Positions 49,166-61,322 of a stretch of 64,000 nucleotides of DNA are shown here, in pieces. The notes under the pieces were generated by a model. The model saw only the letters and a list, made by a program, of their open reading frames with translations. It was not told the origin of the DNA and did not search any database. The position numbers were made by a program, and so were the translations under genes. The DNA is taken from the NCBI GenBank assembly GCA_026770705.1, contig JANJGN010000021.1:98952001-99016000 (forward strand), read 5' to 3'. The stretch is from Isurus oxyrinchus (Eukaryota). Position 1 is the stretch's first letter; each line of letters opens with the position of its first letter.

Positions 49166-50933
49166 TGATATGGAAAGAGAGACAGTGATACGGAGAGAGA
49201 GAATGATAGGGAGAGAGAGAGTGATACGGAAAGAGAGTGATACAGAGAGAGAGAGTGATACGGAGAGAGGGTGATACAGAGAGAGAGAGAGAGTGATACA
49301 GAGAGAGAGTGATACAGAGAGAGAGAGTGATACGGAAAGAGAGAGAGTGATACGGAGAGAGAGAGAATGATATAGAGAGAGAGTGATACAGAGAGAGGGA
49401 ATGATAGGGAGAGAGAGAGTGATACGGAGAGAGAGTGATACAGAGAGAGAGAATGATAGGGAGAGAGATAGTGATACGGAAAGAGAGTGATACGGAAAGA
49501 GAGAGTGATACGGAGAGAGAGTGATAGGGAGAGAGAGAGTGAGACGGAGAGAGAGAGAATGATACGGAGAGAGAGAGTGATACGGAGGGAGGGAGATGGG
49601 TACGGAGAGAGAGTGGTACAGAAAGCGAGAGTGATAGGAGAGAGAGTGATACAGAGAGAGAGTGTGATACGGAAAGAGAGAGTGATACAGAGAGAGAGTG
49701 ACACAGACAGAGAGAGAGTAATACGACGAGTGACAGAGAGAGTGGTATGGAGAAAGAGCGATACGGAGAGAGAGTGATGAGGCGAGTTAATGATAGAGAT
49801 ACAGTGATATGGAGAGAGAAAATGACATGAAGAAGAGAGACCAAAAGATGGAGCAAATCTGAGATAGAGAAAGAATGATATGGCGGAGAGAAACAGAAAG
49901 AGAGAAAGGGAAGATGATACAGAGAGAGTGAGTGATACGGAGAGAATGATGCAGGGAGTGAATGAGGGATGGATAAGAAGAGAGAAAATTAGAAAGAGAG
50001 AAGAGTCAATCGTGTGGAACACAGTGAGGAGGGGGAGAGGTTACACCTCAGGAGAGATGGAGTCTCTGATGGGATGGGAAGGGTGTTGGTGAAGTCTATC
50101 CTCAGCAGGCGAGCTGGGTGGGAAGGCTGGTGAGAGAGCAGGGTGAAACTTTAAGGCTGGCTGTCTTAGGCTTGCTGTTTGTAAAGAGGCAGAAATGATT
50201 TGGATTTCAGAGAATGCTGAGAGAAGGAGAGTGATATAAAGAGAGAAAGACAGGGAGAGAGAGAGTGGTACGGTAAGAGAGAGCGATAAGGAGGGAGAGC
50301 GATACAGAGAGAGAGGGATACGGAGAGAGGGAGAGAGATAAGGGGTGAGGGAGAGTGATATGGAGAGAGAGAGTGATATGGAGAGAGAGTAATATGGAGA
50401 GAGAGGGACTGATACGGAGAGAGAGTGATAGGAAGAGGGATACGGAGTGAGGCAGTGGTATATAGAGTGAGGGAGAGGGATACGGAGTGAGGGAGAGGGA
50501 TATGGAGTGAGGGAGAGCGATACGGAGAGAGAGTGATACGGAGAGAGAATGTGACATGGAGAGAGAGTAATATGGAGAGAGAGGGAGTGATATGGAGAGA
50601 GAGTGATACGGAGAGTGAGAGTGATACAGAGAGAGAGTGATAAGGCGAGTTAGTGATAGAGATACAGTGATATGGAGAGAGAAAGTGACATGGAGAAGAG
50701 AGGCCAAAAGATGGAGCAAATCTGATATAGAGGGAGAATGATATTGGGGAGAGAAACAGAAAGAGAGAAAGAGAAGACGATAAAGAAAGAGTGAGTGATA
50801 CAGAGAGAATGATGCAGGGAGTGAGCGAGGGATGGACATGAAGAGAGAAAATTAGAGAGAGAAGAGTCAATTGTGTGGAATGCAGTGAGGAGGGGGAGAG
50901 ATTACACCTCAGGAGAGGACAGGTCTCTGATGG
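48174..50933. repeat. Tandem duplication (48174-50067 and 50068-50933), each unit with a GA-rich (GAGAGTGATACG-type) expansion
   Basis: Unique flanks are repeated in both units; the GA tract is about 1.4 kb in one and about 0.45 kb in the other. Confidence 0.85.
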
Positions 50934-51529
50934 GTACAAGTTGTCCGACCAGAAGCCCCGTCTGGCTCTGTCCAGCCATCAGGTTGCGAGCTCTTGATGT
51001 GGGCAACTGGTCATTTGGGGTGGTCCTCTCATGCTGTGGGAAAAATCCCAGTGTGGAGAGTGGGGTCCCTGAAGCGGCCATTAATTGGTCCCTGGAGGGA
51101 GGGTAGGCAGGTTGCCAGTCACCTCCCCCACTGCGGGTAAAATACTCATGGGGGGAGGGCAGCTGATGGGCATGGCCTCCTTGCCATAGTGCCCAATTTT
51201 ACATACCCCCTGCCAGCCTGTCCCCTGGGGGAAGGGGTGTAAAATTTACCTCCAAGAACCAAATAGAACCTGAAAGTCTGAAACACAGAAAATGAGGGAA
51301 TGTGGGAATGAGGGAATGTGGGAGTGAGGGAATATGAGAGTGACAGAATGTGGGAATGAGGGAATGTGGGAGTGAGGGAATACGAGAGTGTGTTCTGCTC
51401 CGTCAGTGCAATATCATGTTCCACACAGACACTCAAATTCCCAATCCCAGGAAATTTCCTGCCCAGACCCTGAGCTAGAGAAATGAGAGAGAGAGAGAGT
51501 GAGAATGGAGGGCTGAATTCTGTACTTAC

Positions 51530-51581
51530 CGGGAGAGACCCAGGAAAAACACAGGGAGATGGAGAAAAGGATCAGCAACAT
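51530..51581 (-). CDS. Gene C leader exon (MLLILFSISLCFSWVSP)
   Basis: Identical to the A and B leader exons; GTAAGT donor. Confidence 0.9.
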
Positions 51582-51644
51582 TCTGGGAATCCACTCTCCC
51601 TGTTCCAATCAGGAGTTGGGAATGAAACACTCTGAGGGGGGAAA

Positions 51645-51830
51645 CTAATACTATTTATAAACTGGGGAAAACAACAAAAGTAACAAGTTTATCGAGACTG
51701 CATTTTGCTGTTTCAGTGTCACTTTGATCATTTCCTGATTACACAACCAGAGGGTGAATGATTGGTTAATTCCAGAAAAACACCCAATGAAATGGATAAA
51801 CAGTCACTTATCACCAGTTACCAGGAAGCT
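51645..51830 (-). promoter_or_regulatory. Gene C promoter (X1, Y, CCAAT, TATA)
   Basis: CCTGGTAACTGGTG at 51812-51825, a 23-nt spacer, then ATTGG at 51784-51788; TATAAA near 51655. Confidence 0.7.
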
Positions 51831-51849
51831 TAAACTCATGCAGCTCAAG

Positions 51850-54800
51850 ATTTTGGGGGTCGGTGCAGGGGTATAGGGTTGTGGGGGTGTGGGGCAGAGG
51901 GGGGTGAGGGTAGAGTCAGAGGATGTGGGGGGATTGCCGGGGGTGGTGGTGGGGGGTGGGGGGGGGTAGGTTGGACGGGGACTGGAGGACCTCAGTGCGT
52001 AGTGACACTTGGTGTTTACGTACTGAGTGTCTCCGCACAGCTTGAAGCAGCTGCACACAAAGGTGAGGGCGATGTTGGGCACAATTTTTTCCCCTTAATC
52101 TAGAGGTTTGTAATTGTGTCCCTGATAACACAATCCATTTTCGACCCCCAGATAAAGCGAAAGATGGCTTGGGTGATCGCCACCACACAGGAGTGTGGAA
52201 TAGGCCAGACCTGCGCCACGTACAGCAACGGCGAGAGTGCCTCACACCTGATGACCAGGTTCTTACCCGCAATGGAGAGGGAGCGTCGCTCCCACTTGCC
52301 CAGTTTTCTTTCCACCATAGACACTCGCTCCTTCCAGTTTCTAACGCATGCCCTGGTCCCTCCGAACCATATCCCCAGAACCTTCAGGCCATCAGCCCTG
52401 ACAGTGAAGGGGACAAAGGATCGGTCAGCCCAGTTCCCAAAGAACATGGCCTCGCTCTTCCCACAATTTACCTTGGCTCCTGAGGCCAGTTCAAACTGGT
52501 TGCAGGTGTTGATCAGTCTGCACGCCGACAGTGGATCCGAGCAGAAGACGGCGACATCGTCCACGTACAGGGAGGCTTTGACCTGAGTGCCTCCACTACC
52601 TGGGATCGTCACTGCTCTTATGCCCGGATCCTTCCTGATGGACTCAGCAAAGGGTTCTATGCAATAAACAAACAGGACAGGGGAGAGAGGGCAGCCCTGC
52701 CCGACTCCAGATTTAATAGGAAAGCTATCTGATTCCCACTCATTGATTGAGACTGCACTACTGATGTTAGTGTAGAGCAGGTGGATCCAGTTGCAGATTG
52801 CCTTCCCAAACCCCATTTTGGAGAGCACATCCACCATGTAGGTGTGCAATATTCTGTCAAAGACCTTTTCCTGATCCAGGCTGATGAGGCAGGGGTCCAC
52901 ACCCCTGTCCTGTACATAGGCAATCGTATTCCTGAGTAGTGCGAGGTTATCAGAGATCATCCTGCCCGGCACAGCGCGGGACTGGTCAGGGTGGATCACC
53001 AACTTCAGAGCAAACCTGACCCGATTGGCGATGACCTTGCACAGAATCTTATAGTCCACATTCAACAATGAGACGGGTCACCAATTTCTAATTTCCTCCT
53101 TTTCCCCCTTCCACTTGTAGATGAGAGTGATGATGCCTTTCCTCATGGGTTCTGATATGCTGCCGGCCAGGAACATACTCATAGAGTCACAGAGATCTAC
53201 AGGACAGAAAAATGCCCTTCGGCCTATCGAGTCTGCGCCAGTCAAACAAGTACCTAACTATTCTAATCCCATTTTCCAGCACTAGGCCCATAGCCTTGTA
53301 TGCCATGGTATCGCAAGTGCACATCCAAATACTTCTTAAATGTTGTGAGGGTTTCTGCCTCTACCACCCTTTCAGGCAGTGAGTTCTAGATTCCCACAAC
53401 CCTCTGGGTGAAAAAAAATCTTCCTCATATCCCCTCTAAACCTTCCACCCCCTTACCTTAAATCTATGCCCACTGGTTATTGATCCCTCCACCAAGGAGA
53501 AAAGTTCCTTCCTGTCTACCTTATCTATGCCCCTCATAATTTTATACACCTCAATCATGTCCCCCTTCAATCTCCTCTGCTCCGGGGAAAATAACCCCAG
53601 TCTATCCGAACTCTTCTCATAACTAAAACTCTCCAGCCTAGGCAACATCCTGGTAAATCTCCTCTGCACTCTCTCTAGTGCAAACACATCCTTCCTTCAA
53701 TGTGGATTCCAGAACTGCATGCAATACTCTTGCTGTGGCCTAACCAGTGTCTTATATAGTTTCAGCTCTTACATTCTATGCCTTAGCTAATAAAGATAAG
53801 TATCCCGTATGCCTTCTCAACCACCTTATCTACCTGTCCCGCTACCTTAAGGGACTGGTGGACATGCACACCAAGGTCCCTCTGATCCTCGGTACTTCCC
53901 AGGTTCCTACCATACATTGTGTATTCCTGTGCCTTGTTTCTCCTGCCGAAGTGCATCACCTCACGCTTGTCCAGTTTAAATTCCATTTGCCACTGATCAG
54001 CCCATGTGACCAGCCCATCTATATCCTCCTGTAATCTGGGGCTATCCTCCTCACTATTTACCACCCCATCAATTTTCGTGTCATCCGCGAACTTACTGAT
54101 CAACCCTCCTACATTCAAGTCTAAATCGTTTATATACACCACAAACAGCAAGGGACCCAATACCAATCCCTGAGGAACCCCACTGGACACAGGTATCCAG
54201 TCACAAAAACACCCCTCGACCATCACCCTCTGCTTCCTGCCACTCAGCCAATTCTAGATCCAATATGCCAAATTGCCTTGGATCCCATGGTTTCTTACCT
54301 TCGTTATCAGTCTCCCATGCAGGACCTTATTAAAAGCTTTGCTGAAGCCAAGTAGACTACGTCAAATGCATTGACCTCATCTATACACTAGGACACCTCA
54401 GTGGTGAGGAAACTATTGGAAGCAATTCTGAGGGACAGAATAAATCTACACTTGGAGAGGCAAGGATTAATCAAGGATAGTCAGCATTGTTTTGTTAAGG
54501 GGAGGTCAAGTCTGACCAATTTGATTGAATTTTTTTCAATCCTGTGGCCAGAGAGATGTTTGAAATTACTGCCAGCACCCCTGCTATCTCCTCCATTGCC
54601 TCACTCAACCTGGGATACATTTCATCCAGGCCTGGAGATTTATCTACTTTTAAGCCTGCCAGACCACTTAGAACTTCTTCCCTTTCTATGCTAATTTCTT
54701 CAATTATATCACAGTCCTTCTGCCTGATTTCCATAGCACATTGTCCCTCTCACTTGTGAACACCGACACAAAGTATTCATTTAGAACCCTACCTACGTCT

Positions 54801-57800
54801 TCCAGCTCCACACGGTCCTTAATGGGCCCTAATCTTTCCCTAGTTATCCTCTTACTCTTAATGTACTTGTAAAATAACTTTGGATTTTCCTTTATTTTAC
54901 CCGCCAATATCTTTTCATGCCCCCTTTTTGCTCTCCTAATTTCCTTTTAAAGTTCCCCTCTACACATTCTACACTCCTCTAGGGCTTCTGCTGTTTTGAG
55001 CCCCCAGTACCTGCCATAAGACTCCATTTTTCTCTTTATCCAATCCTGTATAATCCCTTGACATCCAGGGTTCCCTGGATTTGTTGTTCCCACCCTTTGT
55101 CTTTACTGGAATATGTTGGCCCTATACTCTCCCCATTTCCTTCTTGAATGAGTCCCACTGCTCTGATGCAGATTTACCTAAAAGTAGCTGCTCTCAGTCC
55201 ACTCTGGCCAAATCATATCTGATCTTATTAAAATCGGCTTTCTCCTAATTTAGAACACTGATTTCTGACCCATCCTTGTCCTTTTCCATAGCAACCTTGA
55301 ATCTAACAGAGTTATGATCACTATCTGCAAAATAATCCCCCACTGATACCTCTACCATTTGCCCGGCTTCATTCCCTAAAATTAAAATTAAATTAAAATG
55401 TAGGACCTACTGGCTTAAAAAACTCTCCTGGATGCATTTTAAGAATTCCGCTCCCTCTAAATCTATCACACTACGACTAACCCAGTTAATGTTGGGGAAG
55501 TTGAAATCCCCCACTATTACTACCCTATTATTTTTACACTTCTCTGAAATTTGCCTAATTATCTGCTTTTCTATTTCCTTCTGACAGTTTGGGGGCCTAT
55601 AGTACACTCCCAGCAATGTGATTGCACCTTTTTTGTTTTTAAGCTCTACCCATATGGCTTCATTTGAGGTGCCTTCTATGATGTCATCCCTCCTTACTGC
55701 TGTAATTGATTCCTTGATCAATATTGCGATACCCCCTCCTCTTTTACCTCCTTCCCTGTCTCACCTGAAGACCCTATATCCTGGAATATTGAGCTGCCAA
55801 TCCTGCCCCTCTCTCAACCATGTCTCTGTGGCAGCAATGACATCATACTTCTTTGTGTTAATTAGTACCCTAAATTCTGTTTGCAGTACCTCATCTCTCT
55901 TTCTACCTTTGCTGTTGGTACCAAAATGCACCACGATCTCTGACTGTTTGCCCTCCCCCTTTAGAATGCCCTGCAGCCGTTCAGTGACATCCTTGACCCT
56001 GGCCACAGGGAGGCAACATACCATCCTGGAATCACATCTACGGCCGTAGAAATGCCTGTCTGTTCCCCTTACTACCGAGGCTCCTACCATTATTGCTCTT
56101 CCCTTCTTCCTCCCACCCACCCTGTGCCGCTGAGCCACTCACAGTGCCATAAGAGTGGCTGCACTCCCCAGAGGAACCGTCACTCTTACTGTTTCCAACA
56201 CAGAAAATAGTTCACGAGTGAGATGCACCCTGGGGATTTCCTGACTACCTGCCTGACACCTTCCTTCTGACTGATGGTTACTCATTCCCTCTCTATCTGC
56301 ACTTCCATAAGATGTGGGGTGACCACATCTAAAAATGTGTTATCCACGAAACTCTCAGCCTCGCGGATGCACCTCAGTGCCTTCAGCTGCCGCTCAAGCT
56401 CCCAAACTCGGAGCTCAAGTAGCTGCAGCTGGTGGCACTTCCTGCAGACGTGGTCAGTCAGAACACAAGGAGCATCTAGGACTTCCCACATGTTGCAGGT
56501 GGTACATAACACGGGACTTAGCTGCGCTGCCATGACTTGAGTTGAAAGAAACCCCCTTACTTTAAGTTAAATACTGTAAAAAAATGTTAAATTATTTATG
56601 CACTTTAAGTAAAAACTAGAGCTCTTACCTTTCCATAACTTAATCTATTTTAAACTGGAGAAAAATGGGAGAAAAGCATTTACCCACTACTCACCAGTCA
56701 GCACTCATCTTTGTGTTGACATCACTTTTTGGATTGACTACTTCACCATGATGCTGACTGTAGGACACTCTTCCCAGACTGGTTCACCACGATATTGACT
56801 GCAGGACGCTCTTCCAAGACTGTTTCACCATGATGCTGACTGCAGGACATTCTTCCCAGCTCTCATACACTTCTAGCAGGTCTGAGCCGATCCAGTCCCA
56901 CAGAGCCGAATACAACTCAACTAGCAAACCATCAATTCCGGGAGTTTTACTCTTCTTGAAGGACTCAAGGGCCTTAGTTAGTTCGTCAGGAGTTAGCGGT
57001 TTGTCCAAACTCTCCCGTGTACTGTCGTCTAAGACCTCCGTGATAGAGGACAGGAAGGACTGGGAGGCCACAATATCTGTGGGATTCACGTCATACAATC
57101 CGGCATAAAGGGATTTGCTGATCCTCAAATGTCAGACTGCGATCATTTTACTGAGCCATCTTCTTCCTTCAGGCTGCTGATCACAGAGCTCTCTCTGTGT
57201 ACCTTTTGGAAGAAGAAACGTGAGCATGTCTCATCCTGCTCCACGGAGGGGACTTTGGAATGGAAGATGATCTTGGAGGCCTCCGAGGCAAAGAGCGAGG
57301 CTTGCTGGCTCTTCACCTCTTAGAGTTCCTCTTTGACATCGACCCCCATCGACAGCAGCAGCCGCAGGTTCTGCAAGTTTGTCTGGACTCGGGACATTTC
57401 CCTCTGTTCTTTTCTAGCCTACTGGACATCTTTGAGGATGAAAAATGTTTTGATGTTCTCCTTGATCGCTTCCCACGAGTGTGTCTGGGACTTAAAGAGG
57501 GGTTTCATGCTTCTCCAACCTTTGTAATCCCTCTTGAGCTCCCCAATGTTCTCTGGGGTCAACAGCTTCACATTCAGCTTCCATATCCCTCTGCCAACCC
57601 TCTGGTCTTCCTGTAAGTGACAATCAGCCAGTAGGAGGCAGTGGTCAGAGAAGAACACCAGCTTGACGTCGGTGGTCCTGACCACGAACGCATGGGACAC
57701 AAACAGGAAGTCTATCCTGGAACAGACGGACCTGTCTGGCCACGACCAGGTGTATCTACGCTGCACTCCGTTTGCAGGGTTGCTGAAGACGTCGTGCAGC

Positions 57801-58330
57801 TTGGCATCCTTTACTGTTTCCATCAGGGATCTGGACGTAGTGTCCAATCTGCTGTCGGCCCTGCCGGATCGTCCAGCCGCATCGATGATGCAGTTGAAGT
57901 CACCGCCCAGAATGACCGGCCTGGAGGTTGCCAGCAGCAGTGGGAGCTGCTGAAGGGCTGCCAGCCACTCGCTGTTTTGAGCTAAGACATACACGTTAAT
58001 TACTCGGAGTGGAGCGTTCTTGTACATTACGTCTGCTATGAGGAGGCGCCCGCCCACCACCTCCTTAACCTGGGAGACGGTGAAGCTGCCTCCCCGCAGC
58101 AGAATACCCAGGCCGGAGGAACGAGAGTCGTTTCCTCCCGACCAGATCGATGGCCCATGGGACCACCATCGTGACCATTGCCTGTAGGAGCTGAGGTGCG
58201 GTATCGCACACTCCTGCAGAAACAACAGGTCAGCTTTGACCTGGGCAAGCTAGTCCAAGGTCACAACACACCGCGTAGTCGATGTAACGCTAGCCACGTT
58301 AATGGAAACAATCTTTATCCCCATTTTGAA
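51850..58330 (-). mobile_element. Tx1/L1-clade LINE ORF2 (EN 57419-58324, RT 52100-53180), interrupted by a CR1
   Basis: FLQEC..ILGGDFNC..SRIDF..FSDH; DYKILCK..QGCPLSP..LYVDD. Confidence 0.92.
53181..56760 (-). mobile_element. Long CR1 LINE (ORF1 zinc finger and esterase remnant; ORF2 EN/RT) nested in the Tx1
   Basis: CTTCNMW..CRKC; IMVGASVVRG; YRPPN..VGDFN; GVPQG..FADD; small internal inversion at about 54398-54537. Confidence 0.9.
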
Positions 58331-58833
58331 AGCATTTTGTCACTTACCAGATTCCAGCACTTAGTCTGTTTGCAGTCTGGTGCCCTTCCTGCTTGCAATT
58401 CTTGCAGAAGACAGCACTGCAGTTGGCTGCCACACACACCTTCATAAAATCCAGCCTTTAGAGTGAGATTGAAGAGACCTCACCCACCAGCTCCAGTGTA
58501 AAGGGAGGAGACACTGGGATGCCGGGCTCCACCCCATCACAGGAAACGTGTTTGTTATAAAATTGGGGAGAGGCCAAATGCAGGTGCGGGTTTCTGATTG
58601 GGATTAACCTGTACCTGACACATGTGAATAGCACACAAACTTCATGCTACCAGCTAGTTCAAATGATTATCAAGTGCAACTAAGCAGCTGCATAATAAGC
58701 AGGGGCATAAAATTGTCAGCTTCCAGATCAAGTGAGACTCAGCCTCCACTACTTAAAGTCAGCCGTACTCGACAAGGGGAGGTGCATTGTGTCTGCAGCA
58801 GAGGCTGGAAGGTGACCTGGGGAACTCATAATA

Positions 58834-60625
58834 ATGGCACAACATGGTGAGTGGCCAATGGGTTTTCAGATGCTGCACTGGAGGCCTTGGTGCGGGAGGT
58901 ACAGAGGAGAGGAATTGTCCCCTATCCACAGGAGGCCAGGAGGCCCTGCAGACAAACATTGTGAAGGCAGTGAGAGCTGATAGCAGATGGTCAATGCCAA
59001 GAATCAAACCTCAAGGGTCTGGATGAAATGACACAAAAAAAGTTCAATGACCTCACACAAGTGATCAAGGTCAGTGAACTCATCTTCAAATGCCACATCC
59101 ATTAACAACACCACTAGCCTTAGCCACTGCTCAATGCATCACACTCCCATCGCTCACCTCCTAATAATCTCCAATATTCACAACTCAAACCTCACAATCG
59201 TAACCTCCCCCTCACCCTCACACACTTAGCACTGCTGCAGCCTCACACTCACACCTCACACCTTGTACTCACTGCCAGTCATTCACAGCCACTTCAGCCA
59301 AACACACCACACCGCACTCACTGACACACTCCCCGCTCTCTTGCTGGGCAATGTGAGGCCTAACCAGATACGGCGGCACCAAACAGGCACGGCTTCATCC
59401 CCTTACCCCAGTGGAGGAGATGGTGAACACCATCTTTAGAGTGGCCCTGGCTGAGGATGTGGCCAGTGGCAGTGCTGAAACCATTAAAGATGATGGTGTC
59501 CTCATACCTAATCCTCCTTCTCATAATCCAAAGCAGACCCCACCCCTCCACTCTCCGCACTCCCCATCCCACACTCCTTTCTCATTTACAAGCTGCAGAT
59601 GGGGTAAGTAGGCACCTCTTGCTCCCACTGCTCCCCCACCCCACTCCACTACAACCCTCACCACAACCCATCCCTTGTGCTGTTTCCCTTCAAGAACCGC
59701 CTCCTGACCACATGGTGGAAGAGCAGGAAGGCAGTGGTGATGGACAAACTCCATCTCTTGATCACGTTCACAGCCTCCAGCTCAGATCCTCACACTCTGT
59801 GCAAGGTAGAGGACAGCAGAGAGAGAGAGGGAGAGAGAGAGAGAAGGCATTTACTTGTGTGGAGACACTGGGCAGCATTAGCCTGCAGCCAGGGCAGGAG
59901 GCAAGTCTAATACAGGGGCCAGAGCTCCAGGAGGCGAGGTCCCACCTGGGTTCTGCTGCGGTGTGAACTTTGATGAGGCAACGTACAGAAGGCAAGCGAT
60001 GGGTGCGCATCGAAATAATCGGTGCATTGGCAGTCCTGTCAGAAGGCCTATAGTCAATGTCAAAGAGCATGGAAAAGCCCAGCATTAACTTGGTAGAGGG
60101 CTTTGTGCAGAACTTGGAGCCCAAGCTTCCTGGTGTGAAACGGGGGGGCAAGGTCACCTCCATCAGCACATGTGTGGACCCCACCCTGATGCAGTGTCTG
60201 GTGGTCAATGCCCCAGCTTCCACTGCAGCACCAACAGCTTCTGTCACAGGTCTGAGTTTGGCAGGAGCAGCTCAGGCAAGCCCAGGTTGCTGTCATGGAA
60301 GGTGGACTTTCTGGCCCACAGGCTCAGGCTGCTCTCGTTGCTGTGGATACCAGTGTTCAATGGGACTTACGGGCTCTCATGGTAGTCCAGCCATCTGACC
60401 GCTCGCAGATTATGAGGGTTTGTGAGGTGCCACCTTGGGGGGTAGGGGGGAGGGGGTTGAAGGCGGAGTTAGGGGTAGAGTGACAGTGGCACCGTGGGGT
60501 ACCAAACATGAGCCTACTGCCATCTCTCAGGGTGACAGCATTCATTCTCCTACTGCTGCCATTCTGCCAGTGCCCTTGCTCATGCCTGCCAACCAGCACA
60601 GACTGCTATTGCCCATTTCAAGGTG
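58834..60625 (+). mobile_element. Degenerate Harbinger-type Myb/SANT gene remnant
   Basis: FSDAALEALVREVQRR..FNDLTQVIK followed by GT; later pieces read LTPVEEMV.. and EIIGAL..; multiple stops. Confidence 0.7.
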
Positions 60626-60629
60626 ATGC

Positions 60630-61018
60630 AGTCCGAAGCCTGGCCCACATTGCCCAGAGGGTTCGAAGCCTGGTCCACATTGCCCAGGGGGTCTGAAACC
60701 TAGCCCACAAGGCCCAGAGGGTCCAAAGCCTGGCCCACAAGGCCCAGAGGGTCCGAAGCCTGGTCCACAAGGCCCAGGGGGGTCCGAAGCCTGGCCCACA
60801 AGTTCCAGAGGGCCCGAAGCCTGTTCCACAAGGCTCAGGGGGTCCGAAGCCTGGCCCACAAGGCCCAGAGGGTCCAAAGCTTGACCCACAAGGCCCACAG
60901 GTTCCAAAGCCTGGCCCACAAGGTCCAGGGGGTCTGAAGCCTGGCCTACAAGGCCCAGCGGATCTGAGGCCTGGCGCACAAGGCCCAGAGGGTCCAAAGC
61001 CTGGCCCACAAGGCCTAG
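60630..61018 (+). repeat. 30-bp GC-rich tandem repeat (GGTCCGAAGCCTGGCCCACAAGGCCCAGAG)
   Basis: About 13 copies; abuts MHC intron-1 homology at 61019. Confidence 0.9.
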
Positions 61019-61322
61019 AGGTTAGTGATCTTCTGTTTAACAGCAAAGGGATTGTGCCCCAGATTCTCCCACGTGTCCACACTGACTCCATCGGGTGTCT
61101 GAGTGACTCTGATTCCTGGTTTGCTCCCTGTTCTGAGAGGCTGCAGCATCTACTTCTGACCCAGTTTAATCAGATTCTGTTTATAATATCAGACAGGATT
61201 CTGACATTGTGATAAAGTGGTGGATTATTGGAGATTGTCAGTGTGTGGATGGGCCTCACTTTGATCAGGTGGCCGTGTGTGGAAATGTTTATTAACCTGT
61301 CCCTTTACTTGATCTTTTACAG

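Noticed and set aside
48208-50939. Long Ser/Leu-rich ORFs (604, 281 and 257 aa)
   Set aside because: They are translations of the GA/TC low-complexity repeat.
60542-61091. Collagen-like or Gly-Pro protein gene
   Set aside because: The 10-codon period breaks Gly-X-Y register; the ORFs arise from a tandem repeat and have no exon structure.
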